From a virus: a DNA stretch of 64,000 nucleotides. Positions 10,401-19,405 of this stretch are shown in pieces (the first letter of the stretch is position 1; each line of letters begins with the position of its first letter). The position numbers and the translations under genes were made by a program. The notes under the pieces are model-generated. The model searched no databases, was not told the DNA's origin, and saw only the letters and a list, made by a program, of their open reading frames with translations. Location of the stretch: IMG/VR virus record IMGVR_UViG_3300047564_006544, positions 16,005 through 80,004 of that record. The stretch is one strand, 5' to 3'.

Positions 10401-11783
10401 AAGTCTTTTTGTAATAGAAAATCTGCTTTGAAATTCCCACTCAGCAGACTTTGTTTGTGTCCACTCTTGGCTTAAAAGAAGAGGATTTTTTCTTCTAAAC
10501 TCATATATCAGCTGCTTAATTTCTCTATCTTTTTTTATGCTTTTTTCAAAAAACTCTTTTAGCTGATCAAAGCATTTGTCAAGCGTTCCATCAATTGCTT
10601 CGTCTGTTATTTTTGAAAGCTCTGCTGATTTAATGCTCATCTGAGTTATAAACTCAGAGATTTTAGAATCAGAAAGCATATCTGCATCCTGTTCGTCAAC
10701 TATAGATATTGATTGAAGTCCAGATGAATCAAATGCATTATATACTGCTTTTGATAGTGGAACATCACTCTTTGGCAGGTCTAGTTTTTTCTGATTATTT
10801 TTTGAGTTTAATTCTAATATTGCTTCTGATATATCCTTTTTTTCTTCATTAACTTTATCAGGCTGAACTTCTACTGGAACATCTTCTTCTTTTTTGGACT
10901 TAAGCAAGCCAAGTTTATTCAAATAATAAGTTGCAAAATCTTTTATAAAGTTTAAGCTTAAAACATTGTTAATTTTTAATATTGAATCGATTGAAGATTC
11001 AGAATTTTTATCCTCTATATAATCAGCTAAAGAATAAAATAAATCTTCATTTTTTGATATATCTGCATCAATGGAACCAGAGGAAAGTTCTGATATAACC
11101 TGTAGAATTGCACCAGATATATTTGCATTTAAAACTGGCTCATTTTTTATATCGCTTGATCCATCAAGATCGAGTATATTTTTGTCAAACCCTCTTAGTG
11201 AGTTTAGAGCTTGTGCTGCAGAAAGAACTGTATTTTCTCCTGCAGCACCACTTGGATGTATCAATATCGAATGTAGAATTGCTTCTGTCTTACTTTGAAA
11301 TGGACCAAAGAAGCGCTCTGATGGTGAAAAAGATTGTCCGCTAGTTACATACCAGCCATATAAGTTATCCTCTGCTGGTAGCTCTTCTGTTACTACCTCT
11401 TGTTCTACAACCTCTTCTGGTTTATTTTTTGAATAAAATTCTGTTTTATACTTATTAAAAGCAGAGGTTATTCCTTCTAATAATATGTCAGCATCAAGAT
11501 CTGATGTTAACATTATTGTTCCGGCTGCAGTTATTAGAGTCTTTCTTTCTTCCTGTGATAATGTGTTATAATCTGGAGACCCAAAAAGCTTTTCAATAAA
11601 ATCAGTATTATAATAAAAGGGATTATTTCCGGCAGCAATAGCCTCTTGCGCTTCTTTAATTGCATATTCAGAAATTCTTATTCTATCTTGAAGCGATGGC
11701 CTTATATCTTCTGAATTATTAAAGACTATATTTTTGTACATATAGTCTAGTTCTTCTAAGCTCTGTGCGGTCTTTTTAATCAT
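4410..11783 (-). CDS. Giant 2457-aa hypothetical protein, possibly virion-associated
   Basis: Uninterrupted ORF; dispersed Cys/His clusters (CGVCG, CPCH, ICG, CDSGH); begins MIKKTAQ, RKIAQ near C-terminus. Confidence 0.85.
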   Translation of the reverse strand: MIKKTAQSLEELDYMYKNIVFNNSEDIRPSLQDRIRISEYAIKEAQEAIAAGNNPFYYNTDFIEKLFGSPDYNTLSQEERKTLITAAGTIMLTSDLDADILLEGITSAFNKYKTEFYSKNKPEEVVEQEVVTEELPAEDNLYGWYVTSGQSFSPSERFFGPFQSKTEAILHSILIHPSGAAGENTVLSAAQALNSLRGFDKNILDLDGSSDIKNEPVLNANISGAILQVISELSSGSIDADISKNEDLFYSLADYIEDKNSESSIDSILKINNVLSLNFIKDFATYYLNKLGLLKSKKEEDVPVEVQPDKVNEEKKDISEAILELNSKNNQKKLDLPKSDVPLSKAVYNAFDSSGLQSISIVDEQDADMLSDSKISEFITQMSIKSAELSKITDEAIDGTLDKCFDQLKEFFEKSIKKDREIKQLIYEFRRKNPLLLSQEWTQTKSAEWEFQSRFSITKRLFENKETFENISSFFYRLMKSFLFGREQKIKKDIDIKVSKYVARSNIKIDSDGTEDAAYYVYGNILVILEKVAKNAIKEKIDRIISTSLLDMIDASSVIDELALNDISLQSYINNEIQKYFQSEENILDQQSFNTIACGVCGQVTQVPSEYKDELTEFSRSENQYSFFKENGDFISESELASQSHSLSADAKNMISAIINKQYSKKSATELSSILNSILNKSYPWEEINRMIYDPEAIDGSQESKILLNVIGHIIRNDKLKSLGASSSGVRGIFQNKTLCAASLIKLAASMKQDTRILKSLEEKRDYACLARVRKSYINEGESIPEYQLAAYSEYSGSGVSSEQSESGFKIGYRFSRNTANCPCHISQDSAVGSSILSSKKYEGLINFIAIPKVPGNMVDELVGNERLGLKREDIYYPPTAPDGSLSSGDQLSRVAYPICGKKVSISMFDKDPSSKNYIRNVLLNILNSKGKESFVSAVKTLINYGIEMNDLRPHVEAVVGNIVSVSSRKNILDVLFKKSKISTAQEIKETDAYIIKDLGLVCDSGHRFTLEQSWMFSRAHSSIAITHTTRTVSKKAILSLLSGDDDSILKTLTSSKYSDGIGIIKVFSENEPIPSGYIMPNQASSIEELIGAINDQRLYFKVGSLVYIIGQKSSSGLFKKNPWEYGKLSMPSRTDFYVTRYIGGLQSTTVSSEEGGTTELDIADISEMPDESAYESMVASKAATTKIIGSTYTKEIIEKYGLLEALMPGITKEYFRSYSEIPEDAESFSASIFSEAVSEFINKFVKLLKMSRYWGKISADGQADFLMNPLSVPKKDPKIIDKIKLELQSISNTLNISNDKLEVVYSNFFNAYDINGLFERNVSFDKFVSLAGIAQYYRDFSVPFISNLNEKLAVSAIIENISSAVYKNIGLIFGVDESSITSIVGENKVREFCNNISALLYSPYKNYEVKRILEDAIVNYTGRAITFSYAIDVVNNIRSFYSRYFLNQSSQLYIGVTGARSDVFGLINESLQSAKFDESADSAFIPKIIIMDNEEFNANISEIESGLKDAYSLDTVFLGYMRSKGISPDISNKSLYSVQRAIVFSRFEQCIKMATASIDYLILDLISKPIGSRSIGNAARQLDLCIEPLMKQRDPQNFEIIKPKILESRMLYGEADRIFERNAVQYGKIQLNPDLVRFDTTEDIYPAPMVFSVQQFYSMQINKNKLINGNNYIYKFAQTTIKEPYLILIKEIIVDGADSAKRLYICIAPKDIIIKDPSKVGDLPNIDIMDIMPSGTIRLNTKQGLEFASRYIKNIDSFDKSRLLLVDSSIRTGILFTQSHVDSAISGSSDQNNIFEIRIQKIDEPPVFWPPPNNLIMNNYYVARSPGDVSKKYIEDLNEILLSKGISPQIQNKEDAIIDKKMAEHLKTGFRGDKTKDIELYYRSLLGESIRDFITNIDVFPTSQTSKTMITSSSHGLILPVGGEYENISRAVNSIDKELIQDTKDSFTLTESNIFIPRDGMTPLNISWAFIAKDPQFKDENGVVKTKIVQSGCVQKLKYISIQLSELYNWFKQTESILLEIKKKKFRRSWNISVQTEDMFLQNMISEVSPLVNISIDLSSGLRTAYPAKYESVLPAYPKESNITLQAFMEKLGLLCDLYNAAQKVNKIYMEQTPMIDSVSAINLADKKSAGKQTKKTSQQAFCLRLLDPYSIWSMLNNPAMHTTFGGPINPDDIDSYKEFVKSTFGLQDIVSAVHSETKIAENLFTVEDLFDLPGFFLRSKNVNEDILKKVAEFFNLQLDENNNVETHMLGTPKASAVKNKKISGVIESCQTSDYAVHPDSHVIYPAKLTHSLNDLTNSALNAILKEARNKVKQMRGDVEERITSESVGLTSEEINQKILNELKRLTIEEVMNHKDVLESRRKAAALNSGEEVLSIDSIVKASTSVPNIQRPNELIEETLKIFRDLWTSDTKKVGKDLSWRKIAQSATDDDGTIITSLYRRWWEAYLNTIAKNYYN

Positions 11784-11795
11784 AGTTCACTCTAA

Positions 11796-12830
11796 TTAAA
11801 TAATACTTTTTAATATATTTGAAAAAATAGCAGAAGATTCTTTTAGCGCATCCCTAATGCCCTCATCTTCTGTTCTTGATGATGGTATTAAGATTTCAGA
11901 TGAATTTGTATCTATTTTTAGGTTATTTTTTCCACTTAGTTTTATATGAAAAATTTTCTTTATTAACTCTTCATATTTTTCCAATAATACCAGATTATCT
12001 TTTATTTCATCCAAAGATACAAGTGTTATAAACTTATAATATTCATCATCCAACAGAACTGCTCTTGGTGCATTCAAAAATAATTTTGACAGATTAAATC
12101 CATCTTCATCAAATATACTCATATAATATGGCCTTAGAGTTTCTCTTCCAGAGTGCTTTGATGGCAAGAAAAATCCAAATAGCTTTCTATTTCTAAATGA
12201 TTTTTGTTTTATTTCAAAAAAACCACTTTGGTGGTCGGCTGAAATATTATCTAGCTTTTTTATTTCAGATATTATTTCTCTTGAAGATTCGCTTAAAAAT
12301 GCAAAACTTTTAATATTTTCAATAACATAATTATAAAAGATAAAAATATCATCTTCGTATTTTTTGCTTATTTCAATAAGAAGGTCGCCTTCATTTATAT
12401 TTAAGCCTAGACCATTTATTTTTCTAACACTTTCATTTAAATATAAATGAATGCACAAAAGAATTGTCAGAACCCTTGCTCTTTCTCTTGCCTGCTTTAT
12501 CTTTAGTCCATTCATTCCCTTGTCTATTTCTAATATTTTTTCTTTAACTTTATCTTGAAATAAACTTAAGACGTTATTTTTTATTTTTTTATCATCTGGA
12601 TAAAGATCGTGAAAGGCAGTTCTTGAATCTCTAAATATTTTTATAGCGGACAAAAGCTCTGAGAGACTTCCTGCAATATTTTCAAAAGGAATCTGTAGAA
12701 ATTCCTCCTCTATTGCAAGAAGCCTCCTTGTTGATGCATCACCCTTGTGAAGCATTTTTTTTAAATATTCAATTTTAAATTGAGATATTTCTCTTTCTGT
12801 ATTTAAGTATTTTAAATAATCTTGTTCCAT
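11796..12830 (-). CDS. Hypothetical protein
   Basis: 344-aa ORF, start overlaps the stop of the sigma gene. Confidence 0.75.
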   Translation of the reverse strand: MEQDYLKYLNTEREISQFKIEYLKKMLHKGDASTRRLLAIEEEFLQIPFENIAGSLSELLSAIKIFRDSRTAFHDLYPDDKKIKNNVLSLFQDKVKEKILEIDKGMNGLKIKQARERARVLTILLCIHLYLNESVRKINGLGLNINEGDLLIEISKKYEDDIFIFYNYVIENIKSFAFLSESSREIISEIKKLDNISADHQSGFFEIKQKSFRNRKLFGFFLPSKHSGRETLRPYYMSIFDEDGFNLSKLFLNAPRAVLLDDEYYKFITLVSLDEIKDNLVLLEKYEELIKKIFHIKLSGKNNLKIDTNSSEILIPSSRTEDEGIRDALKESSAIFSNILKSII

Positions 12831-13609
12831 TACTTCTGAAGCATATCACGAATCTTTTTATTCCTAGAAAGATTCTTTAATCTTAGATTTGCAGCCCAAG
12901 GAGAAAGTCCAACCTCCTCTGCTGCGTCCTTAATGCTATAGTCTTCAAGTGAAATTAGTCTCAAGATTTGAGATGTTTTATCATCAAGACCGTCACAAAT
13001 AGATGCTATTGATGCCTCAGCCTCTAGTGCATCTGATTCGGCTCTCATATTTCCGAATATTGCATCTTCATTTCCGACTGAATCAATAAACAATACCTCT
13101 TCATCAAGGTTTGCGCTCATTCTGGTTCCAATTTCAGAAAAAAGAACTTCTTTTTTTGCTGTTCTAATTTCTTTTCTATATACCTTATCACATGATGAGC
13201 ATTCGCGAGAAATCTCTGCACCATCTTTAATTTCTGATTTAAATGCCGTTGAGCCACACTCACAGGTCGATGGTAGTGATGCATCCTCAGAAACAGAAAA
13301 TGCATTGTTTGAAAGTTTATTTTTGCTACGAATTTTTGAAATTATCTTGTTGTGAAGATGAATGTGAAGAAATGTGCTAAGCTTCACATTCTTTGTAGAG
13401 TCATAAGATCTAACACCCTCAATTGCAATTATTGCCAACTCCTGCTTTACATCTTCTGGCGCATAGTTTGGAATAAATAGAGAGTTTGACATCTTAAATA
13501 GGAGTGGATCGATTTTCTTTAGAACTCTGTCTAGTCCCTCTCCTGTATTTGTATTTACATAAAATTCTTCATTGTAAAGCCTTACATTGCCTTCGAAATG
13601 AGTGCTCAT
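12830..13609 (-). CDS. Phage sigma-70 family RNA polymerase sigma factor with zinc-ribbon insert
   Basis: Region 2 EDVKQELAIIAIEGVRSYD..KLSTFLHIHLHNKI; region 4 HTH YSIKDAAEEVGLS; CxC-x18-CxxC between them. Confidence 0.8.
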   Translation of the reverse strand: MSTHFEGNVRLYNEEFYVNTNTGEGLDRVLKKIDPLLFKMSNSLFIPNYAPEDVKQELAIIAIEGVRSYDSTKNVKLSTFLHIHLHNKIISKIRSKNKLSNNAFSVSEDASLPSTCECGSTAFKSEIKDGAEISRECSSCDKVYRKEIRTAKKEVLFSEIGTRMSANLDEEVLFIDSVGNEDAIFGNMRAESDALEAEASIASICDGLDDKTSQILRLISLEDYSIKDAAEEVGLSPWAANLRLKNLSRNKKIRDMLQK

Positions 13610-13650
13610 ATTTTCTCCTTTTGGTTTTTTATTAATCAGCTAGGAATCAG

Positions 13651-14409
13651 TTAGTCAGACCAGTTGCTAATACAAAGCTCTTTATAATCACAGAAGTCGC
13701 AGAGCTTAGAGGGCTTCTTCTGCCAAGTATCTTCTTTTAGGATTAGGTGCCCATATTTTAAAATCTTCTCCTCACATTTTTTAAGATCATCAAATGTAAA
13801 ATCCCAAGACTTTTCCTTGCAATCGTGCTTTAGAAGAGTGTAGCTTCCGGAAATCTTTTCTAGGTCGGGAAGCTCATTCTTTAGAACCATCGCATAAACG
13901 AGCAACTGAAAGCTGTCGAGGTAGGCAGGGTTCTTCGTCGTCTTGTAGTCCACTACTTTATAAGCACCGGGGCCGGTGCGGTCAACCCTATCTATAAATC
14001 CTTTGAGAAAAAAATCTCCGATGGTTATTTCGAATGGTTTTTCTACCCAAAGAACGTTGGGGAGACCCCTGGTCTTTATGTCATTTAAGTAGGACTGCAT
14101 TATCAATTGCATGTTTTTATATTCTGGCTCCAAAAGCTCCTGATTGAAATCTTTTATTGCAGCCTCCATGCACTTCTTCATTAGGCCTGGATACTCTGTT
14201 GATGGTAGCTGATTTTCCATTAAGAATTCATGAAAATTCTCAAGTACTAAATGTAGGCATGATCCAAACTCAAGATGGACCCATGGCTTCTTTTCTATTG
14301 GAGGCTTCTCTACATAGCCATACCAATATTTTTTTGGACAGTCCTCGTATGTTTTGATTGATGATACTGAAAGTTTTATTTTTTTTGGTGTTGAATTTTG
14401 GTCTTGCAT
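13651..14409 (-). CDS. PD-(D/E)XK RecB/AddB/Cas4-like exonuclease
   Basis: LSVSSIKTYEDCP, GFIDRVD, VVDYKT, QLLVY, C-terminal CDFC..C (Fe-S ligands). Confidence 0.88.
   Translation of the reverse strand: MQDQNSTPKKIKLSVSSIKTYEDCPKKYWYGYVEKPPIEKKPWVHLEFGSCLHLVLENFHEFLMENQLPSTEYPGLMKKCMEAAIKDFNQELLEPEYKNMQLIMQSYLNDIKTRGLPNVLWVEKPFEITIGDFFLKGFIDRVDRTGPGAYKVVDYKTTKNPAYLDSFQLLVYAMVLKNELPDLEKISGSYTLLKHDCKEKSWDFTFDDLKKCEEKILKYGHLILKEDTWQKKPSKLCDFCDYKELCISNWSD
13957..13985 (-). promoter_or_regulatory. Intragenic sigma70-type promoter pointing at the sigma gene
   Basis: TTGACC-17nt-TATAAA; spacer contains palindrome GCACCGG-CC-CCGGTGC and the cGGTG element shared with intergenic promoters. Confidence 0.65.
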
Positions 14410-15290
14410 TAGAATATTTTACTCATAATTGGATCCTGAATCCAGGAAAAAACCTTTGGATTGCCAACTTGTTGGCCGAGATCCAATGGCCTTGGTGTAA
14501 CCTGCTGAATAGATTGAATCCATCTGCACTCTCTTGAATCAAAATAATAAAAGACCATTTTTCCAGTCTTTGGATTTATAAAATATCTTACAAGATTGCT
14601 GCTTTGAACAGAGTCAAGCCCGACCCTAAAATTATAGGAATCAGATCTTGGTGCCATAGTATCTGTTGGCCTATTTATTATTTTTATAGCTTGTGCTGTC
14701 ATTTTTTCTGGAGTAGATCCATCAATTATTACTAGTCCTGCCTTTGGATCAAAATCAAGATTGTTGTTTACCGTAGATACTTTTGATTGATATGGCTGTT
14801 CATTTATTAAAATTTCAAGTCTAAAATTAATAAAATCTAAGCTAGTTTTTCCTCCGTCAAATTTTTTATATTTATCTCTATCTGTTGCCTTCATTTCAAG
14901 GTCAACAAATTCTATTGATGTTTCTCTTGCTGGACTACCTGACTCAGTTACAGCAAGTGAATCAACTACTTCTGCATTTGGAGGAAGAATATTTATTCCT
15001 TGATTTTCTTCAAATCTTCTTGTTATTGCATTTAGAATGGTTCCCCACTCATGCTCAAATACATCAGAAGATTCTGATCCTGCTATAGCTACAAGTTTCA
15101 AGAGAACGCTGTTTCCAGAGGTCGGAAGCAAAAGCCTTGTTCCGGTTAAAAACTCAGATTCTATTGTTGGATCTGTACCATCAAATGTATAAAATACAAC
15201 TGACGGTACATTTGTCTCTACCTCGACATACTCTGGTATACCTGATATTATTTGATTTGTGCTTTGAACTACTGTAAGAATGATTGCCAT
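14409..15290 (-). CDS. Protein with N-terminal Fn3-associated/chitobiase C-terminal-like domain, probably structural
   Basis: VFYTFDGTDPT...VLLKLVAI signature. Confidence 0.6.
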   Translation of the reverse strand: MAIILTVVQSTNQIISGIPEYVEVETNVPSVVFYTFDGTDPTIESEFLTGTRLLLPTSGNSVLLKLVAIAGSESSDVFEHEWGTILNAITRRFEENQGINILPPNAEVVDSLAVTESGSPARETSIEFVDLEMKATDRDKYKKFDGGKTSLDFINFRLEILINEQPYQSKVSTVNNNLDFDPKAGLVIIDGSTPEKMTAQAIKIINRPTDTMAPRSDSYNFRVGLDSVQSSNLVRYFINPKTGKMVFYYFDSRECRWIQSIQQVTPRPLDLGQQVGNPKVFSWIQDPIMSKIF

Positions 15291-15293
15291 ATC

Positions 15294-17408
15294 TTAAGCA
15301 GATATATTACCAGTGTAAAAAGAAATAGAGCTATCTCCATTTATTTTTGAAACATCTAGAACATTCTCAAACCTTTCTTTTAGAGAGTCATCATGTGTAA
15401 TTACCAAAATCTTATATTTATTTTCAAGCTGCTTTATTATATTTACAAATAGAGTCTCTACACCACTTTTATCTAGAGGTGAATTTATTTCGTCAAGAAG
15501 CAGGAACTCTAGTGCAGAACCGCCATGTTGGGTTGCAATTTCTGACAGGGCGATTCTAAGTGATAGAGCTATTCTAAATTGCTCTCCACCACTGAGAGAG
15601 GAGAATCCGCAGAGAGCACCATCTTTCTTTACATTAAGATCAAGAGTTTCTACTGTAGAAATACCATCGGATCCAACCCTCTGTGTTTCTAAAGAAATTG
15701 AAAACTGATCAGAGATAGAAGAAAGAATTCTATTTGCTGTTCTCTGAAGATCTTCAATTACAGCCTCAAGAAGAAGTGCTTGAATTCCACTCTTTCCAAA
15801 CATTTTTACCATCTTGTCAAAGATTGCCATTTGCTCATTCTTTGAGTCAAAAGATTTCTTTAGTTCATTTAGCTCAATCTTCTTTGCCGATAAAGATTCT
15901 GTTTTCTCTCTAAGAGAGCCAACCTTTATTCCTGCCTGCAGTATTTCATTAGAAATGACTTGAAGCTTTTCCTTTCCTGCCTTTAAATCATCGTGTAGGA
16001 TTTGAAAATCTTCATTCTTTAGCGAATTTAAAATATCTTCATTTGCAGATATTTTTCTCTTTACTTCTACCATTCTTGAATAAAGATCTTCTTTTTCTTC
16101 TTCTCCAGCAGAGATTTCTTCTTTTAATATTTCTTTTTGAGAAAGAAGGTTTTTAATCTCTTCCTTTCCCCTCTCTATTTCTAGGTTATCTGCCTTTTGC
16201 TTCTCAAGTTCTTTTTTCAGCTCTGATAGGTACTGAATTCTTTTCTCTGCATTTGCCTTCTTTTTTGTATAGTAATCAACACTTGACTGATGCTCTGTGT
16301 GCAATCTTGATGCAATTTCTTCATTTACCTCCTGAAGACAAACATGACACTTTCCAGTGTGAAGATGAACATCAGAAAGCTCTTTTAGCTTTATCTTTGA
16401 TTGCTGAATTGATCCAGAATATTCAATCCACTCTGTGGACATTCTCTCAATCTTTTGCTCAACATCTGGATCAAAAGATAGTGTCTTGATCTTTTTTTCA
16501 AGTAGGCTTATTTTTGATACTAACGAATCGCTTCTCTCCAATCTTTTTGTAAGAGATTGTAATACTTGATCAAATCTAGCCTTTAGATCCTTTCCGGATG
16601 CCTTTAGAGAGGCTATCTCTGCGATTGCCTTATCCCAGCTTGCAGTATCAATGTTGTTTTTCATCTTAAGATACTTTTCGGAAAGTGCCTCTACAGACTC
16701 CTGCAGATCCTCTTTCTCTTTCGACTTTGTCTCAAGTATCTTTGTAGCAGTCAAAAGCTCTGCTTCACTAGCAATAAGAGCTTGAACCTCCGCATTTAAA
16801 GAGTCATATCTTGCCTGATATTTTACAATTTCAGTTTGAATATCTTTTGCTTTTTTCTTTGCTTCTTTTTCAAAAGAGTCCCATTTTGAAATATCTACAA
16901 TACTTTTAAGAATTTCTTTTTTCTTTGAAGCTTCTGATGTTGCAAATTCTGAGATATCATTCTGTCTAAAGTAAGCTGAATTTACAAATGTTTTATAATC
17001 AATCTTTAAAAGATTGACAATTCTGTCATTTGTTTCTCCTGATGTTGAGCCAGATAGTGACTTCCATTTTCCTTCTGAGTCAAGAGTAAAAAGATCTACT
17101 GTTGAAGTAGAAGTATTTCTTAGCCTAACTCTCTTTACGAGATAAGTTCCATCGCCATGAGAAAACTCCAACGAAACCTCACACTTATTTTCTCCCCATG
17201 TTATTACATCGTCCATTGTTGTTGCTCTGGACTTGTTATATAAACACCATAGGATTGATTCCATTATTGCAGATTTACCAGATCCATTTGATCTGTAATA
17301 ATCTCCATCAACAGAGCCAACTAGAAGTGCAGAGTTAAAAAGTGAAAAATCTATTTCACTTACTTTGTGAGAAAAGAAGTTTTCTAACTTTAGTTTCTTT
17401 GGAAGCAT
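15294..17408 (-). CDS. sbcC: SbcC/Rad50 (T4 gp46-like) SMC ATPase
   Basis: Walker A NGSGKS, coiled coil with CHVC zinc hook, LSGGE signature, LLLDE Walker B, ITH. Confidence 0.93.
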   Translation of the reverse strand: MLPKKLKLENFFSHKVSEIDFSLFNSALLVGSVDGDYYRSNGSGKSAIMESILWCLYNKSRATTMDDVITWGENKCEVSLEFSHGDGTYLVKRVRLRNTSTSTVDLFTLDSEGKWKSLSGSTSGETNDRIVNLLKIDYKTFVNSAYFRQNDISEFATSEASKKKEILKSIVDISKWDSFEKEAKKKAKDIQTEIVKYQARYDSLNAEVQALIASEAELLTATKILETKSKEKEDLQESVEALSEKYLKMKNNIDTASWDKAIAEIASLKASGKDLKARFDQVLQSLTKRLERSDSLVSKISLLEKKIKTLSFDPDVEQKIERMSTEWIEYSGSIQQSKIKLKELSDVHLHTGKCHVCLQEVNEEIASRLHTEHQSSVDYYTKKKANAEKRIQYLSELKKELEKQKADNLEIERGKEEIKNLLSQKEILKEEISAGEEEKEDLYSRMVEVKRKISANEDILNSLKNEDFQILHDDLKAGKEKLQVISNEILQAGIKVGSLREKTESLSAKKIELNELKKSFDSKNEQMAIFDKMVKMFGKSGIQALLLEAVIEDLQRTANRILSSISDQFSISLETQRVGSDGISTVETLDLNVKKDGALCGFSSLSGGEQFRIALSLRIALSEIATQHGGSALEFLLLDEINSPLDKSGVETLFVNIIKQLENKYKILVITHDDSLKERFENVLDVSKINGDSSISFYTGNISA

Positions 17409-17409
17409 T

Positions 17410-18573
17410 TTACACCATAATCTTTTTTGCTTCTTCTAGAAGCTTGTTTAAGAAATCGTCGTTAAGACCTTGGGTTTTTGCAAAAGCCTGAAATACCTCA
17501 TAGTCTGTTTTGTGAGAAAGAATTTCTTTATCTTTCTCAAGCTTTACCTGCTCAACGTCCCATATTATTTTTGAAACATGAAATGCTCCAGCAGAATAAA
17601 GAGTTTTCTCTATCTCACCCCTTGAAAATAATGCTTGGGTTCCATCTTTTATTTTAATTTTTGCTCTGCAAATTTTATCATCAAGTGAGAACTTTTTAAT
17701 CTGCTCACTATAATCTTGAAGATAAGTAAAAGCTGTAGATCCAGAAAGATCAAATGATAAGTCTAATAGTTCTCTGGTTGGAATCTTGACCTGTTCAAAG
17801 TCAGATTTTTCTGAATCAAAAACTAAAAAGAACTTTTCAACATCTGCATCACCAAAATTTGTCTTTTCAAGAGATCCAACATAATAAGCTTTTGGACCTG
17901 ACTTTCTAATTCTTCTAAACTCATGATGATGACCCATTACCACACCACTTAGATTCTTTAGAGAATCTGGTGATACAAGAACTTCGTGTCCACCATAGTC
18001 AAAATAATTTCCTTCAAAGAAGAAATTGTGACCAACCGCTATTGATGGGATATCATCTGGTATTCTCTCTGCCATTTCTTTTAACTGCAAGTTAAAAAGA
18101 TCTGTGCATTCTTTTGCTCCGGTACCGGCATACATTCTTTTGTCACGGTATGGAATAAGAAGCATGGCTTGAGATTCGCCATTTTTATTTGAATAGATTA
18201 TTGACTCTGGCTTAAGAAGAATTCTAACATTCTTGTAGGAGTTTGCCTGCATTGTTGCTAATGCGCTGGTATAGCTATCTCCAGTCTTTCTGTAGTCATG
18301 ATTTCCCATTATGACTACAGTAAAGATATTTGCATCAGAAAGTCTTTTTATTGCACGATCTGCAATCTGAATATGCTCAGTGGTTGGATTTCTTACTTCA
18401 AAAAGATCTCCAGTCTGAATAAATACTTCAACATTATTTGAAATGCAGTAGTCAATTATAAAGTTTAAGGAACGCTCGTAATCATCAACTCTGGTGTTTC
18501 CACCAGATCCGTTGGGGCGTCCAAGCGACATGATATTACCAATGTGGGTGTCACCGCAAATAACAGTTTTCAT
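17410..18573 (-). CDS. sbcD: SbcD/Mre11 nuclease
   Basis: GDTH, GDLF, GNHD, GHHH metallophosphoesterase motifs; adjacent to sbcC. Confidence 0.93.
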   Translation of the reverse strand: MKTVICGDTHIGNIMSLGRPNGSGGNTRVDDYERSLNFIIDYCISNNVEVFIQTGDLFEVRNPTTEHIQIADRAIKRLSDANIFTVVIMGNHDYRKTGDSYTSALATMQANSYKNVRILLKPESIIYSNKNGESQAMLLIPYRDKRMYAGTGAKECTDLFNLQLKEMAERIPDDIPSIAVGHNFFFEGNYFDYGGHEVLVSPDSLKNLSGVVMGHHHEFRRIRKSGPKAYYVGSLEKTNFGDADVEKFFLVFDSEKSDFEQVKIPTRELLDLSFDLSGSTAFTYLQDYSEQIKKFSLDDKICRAKIKIKDGTQALFSRGEIEKTLYSAGAFHVSKIIWDVEQVKLEKDKEILSHKTDYEVFQAFAKTQGLNDDFLNKLLEEAKKIMV

Positions 18574-19322
18574 TTTTCCTCGTTATTTATTCTATATATT
18601 TTCCAACAACCGTTGATTAATTTTTCTGTATATTTTTCGTGATCTTTATTTAGTCTGCGCTGAATTGCAGAGCGAGAAACTCCAAACATCTTTGCTATAT
18701 CATTATAGGATGATCCTGTCTTTATTTCTCCAGTATTAACATTTTTTGCTTCAATCTCGGAAATATAACCTGGATTATCGCTTCCCCACCTTGAATCGCT
18801 AATTTTCTTTTTAGTCTCTGCAGAGCGTTTCTTACCAAAGTTTGGATTTTTTTCTCCACTATTAATTTCGCTAAGGTGTCTCTTCTGCTCTTCGGTAAGG
18901 CTCTTACCCTTATTATGTGGAGTTTTGCCACTCATCTTTTGTATTGTCTCTTTGGAATGTTTTCTTCCGGCCATAGGCGAGTTTGACATAACTGCCATAT
19001 TATAATGGTAATCGTAGTGATTTTTGATCTTAAAAATATCATCTAAATACTTTTGTTCTACAGAAAGAAGATCAGTAGTAGCAAGTGAATTGCTGCATAT
19101 CTCTAAAATTTTAAATTCAAAAGAATCATTTCCATATTTGTTATATGCATTTTGCAGAAAAATATTTGCATGCCTCTTAGCCGTAAGATTTTTAAAATGA
19201 TCTCGCAACCTATTTTCAAAGTTAGAGGTGGATCCAATATACATCTTCCCATCCTTAAGGTTTAAAATGCAGTATATTCCACATTTATTAAGATCATCCT
19301 TATTTCCTTTGAATTTTATCAT
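18570..19322 (-). mobile_element. Free-standing GIY-YIG homing endonuclease with NUMOD3-like repeats
   Basis: GIYCILN..MYIGS; GRKHSKET, GKSLTEE, GKKRSAETK repeats; ATG at 19322 follows GAGG. Confidence 0.88.
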
Positions 19323-19328
19323 AAGCAC

Positions 19329-19366
19329 CTCACTTTATTATACCAAAGTGAGTGTCACTAAAGCAA
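19329..19366 (-). promoter_or_regulatory. RBS-sequestering hairpin with TATAAT in the loop
   Basis: CTCACTTT-ggtataat-AAAGTGAG, 3' arm overlaps the SD; TTGCTT 18 nt upstream of TATAAT. Confidence 0.65.
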
Positions 19367-19405
19367 ATTTATTTATGATAATATATCAGTTATTAATTAC
19401 GGTTT

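Noticed and set aside
4410-11783. Virion RNA polymerase call
   Set aside because: No NADFDGD/DxDGD or single-subunit RNAP motifs recognised
13651-14409. CRISPR-Cas locus
   Set aside because: Solo Cas4-like nuclease; no other cas genes and no repeat-spacer array seen
18570-19322. Group I intron around the GIY-YIG gene
   Set aside because: Flanking genes are complete, the ORF overlaps the sbcD start, and there is no room for an intron core
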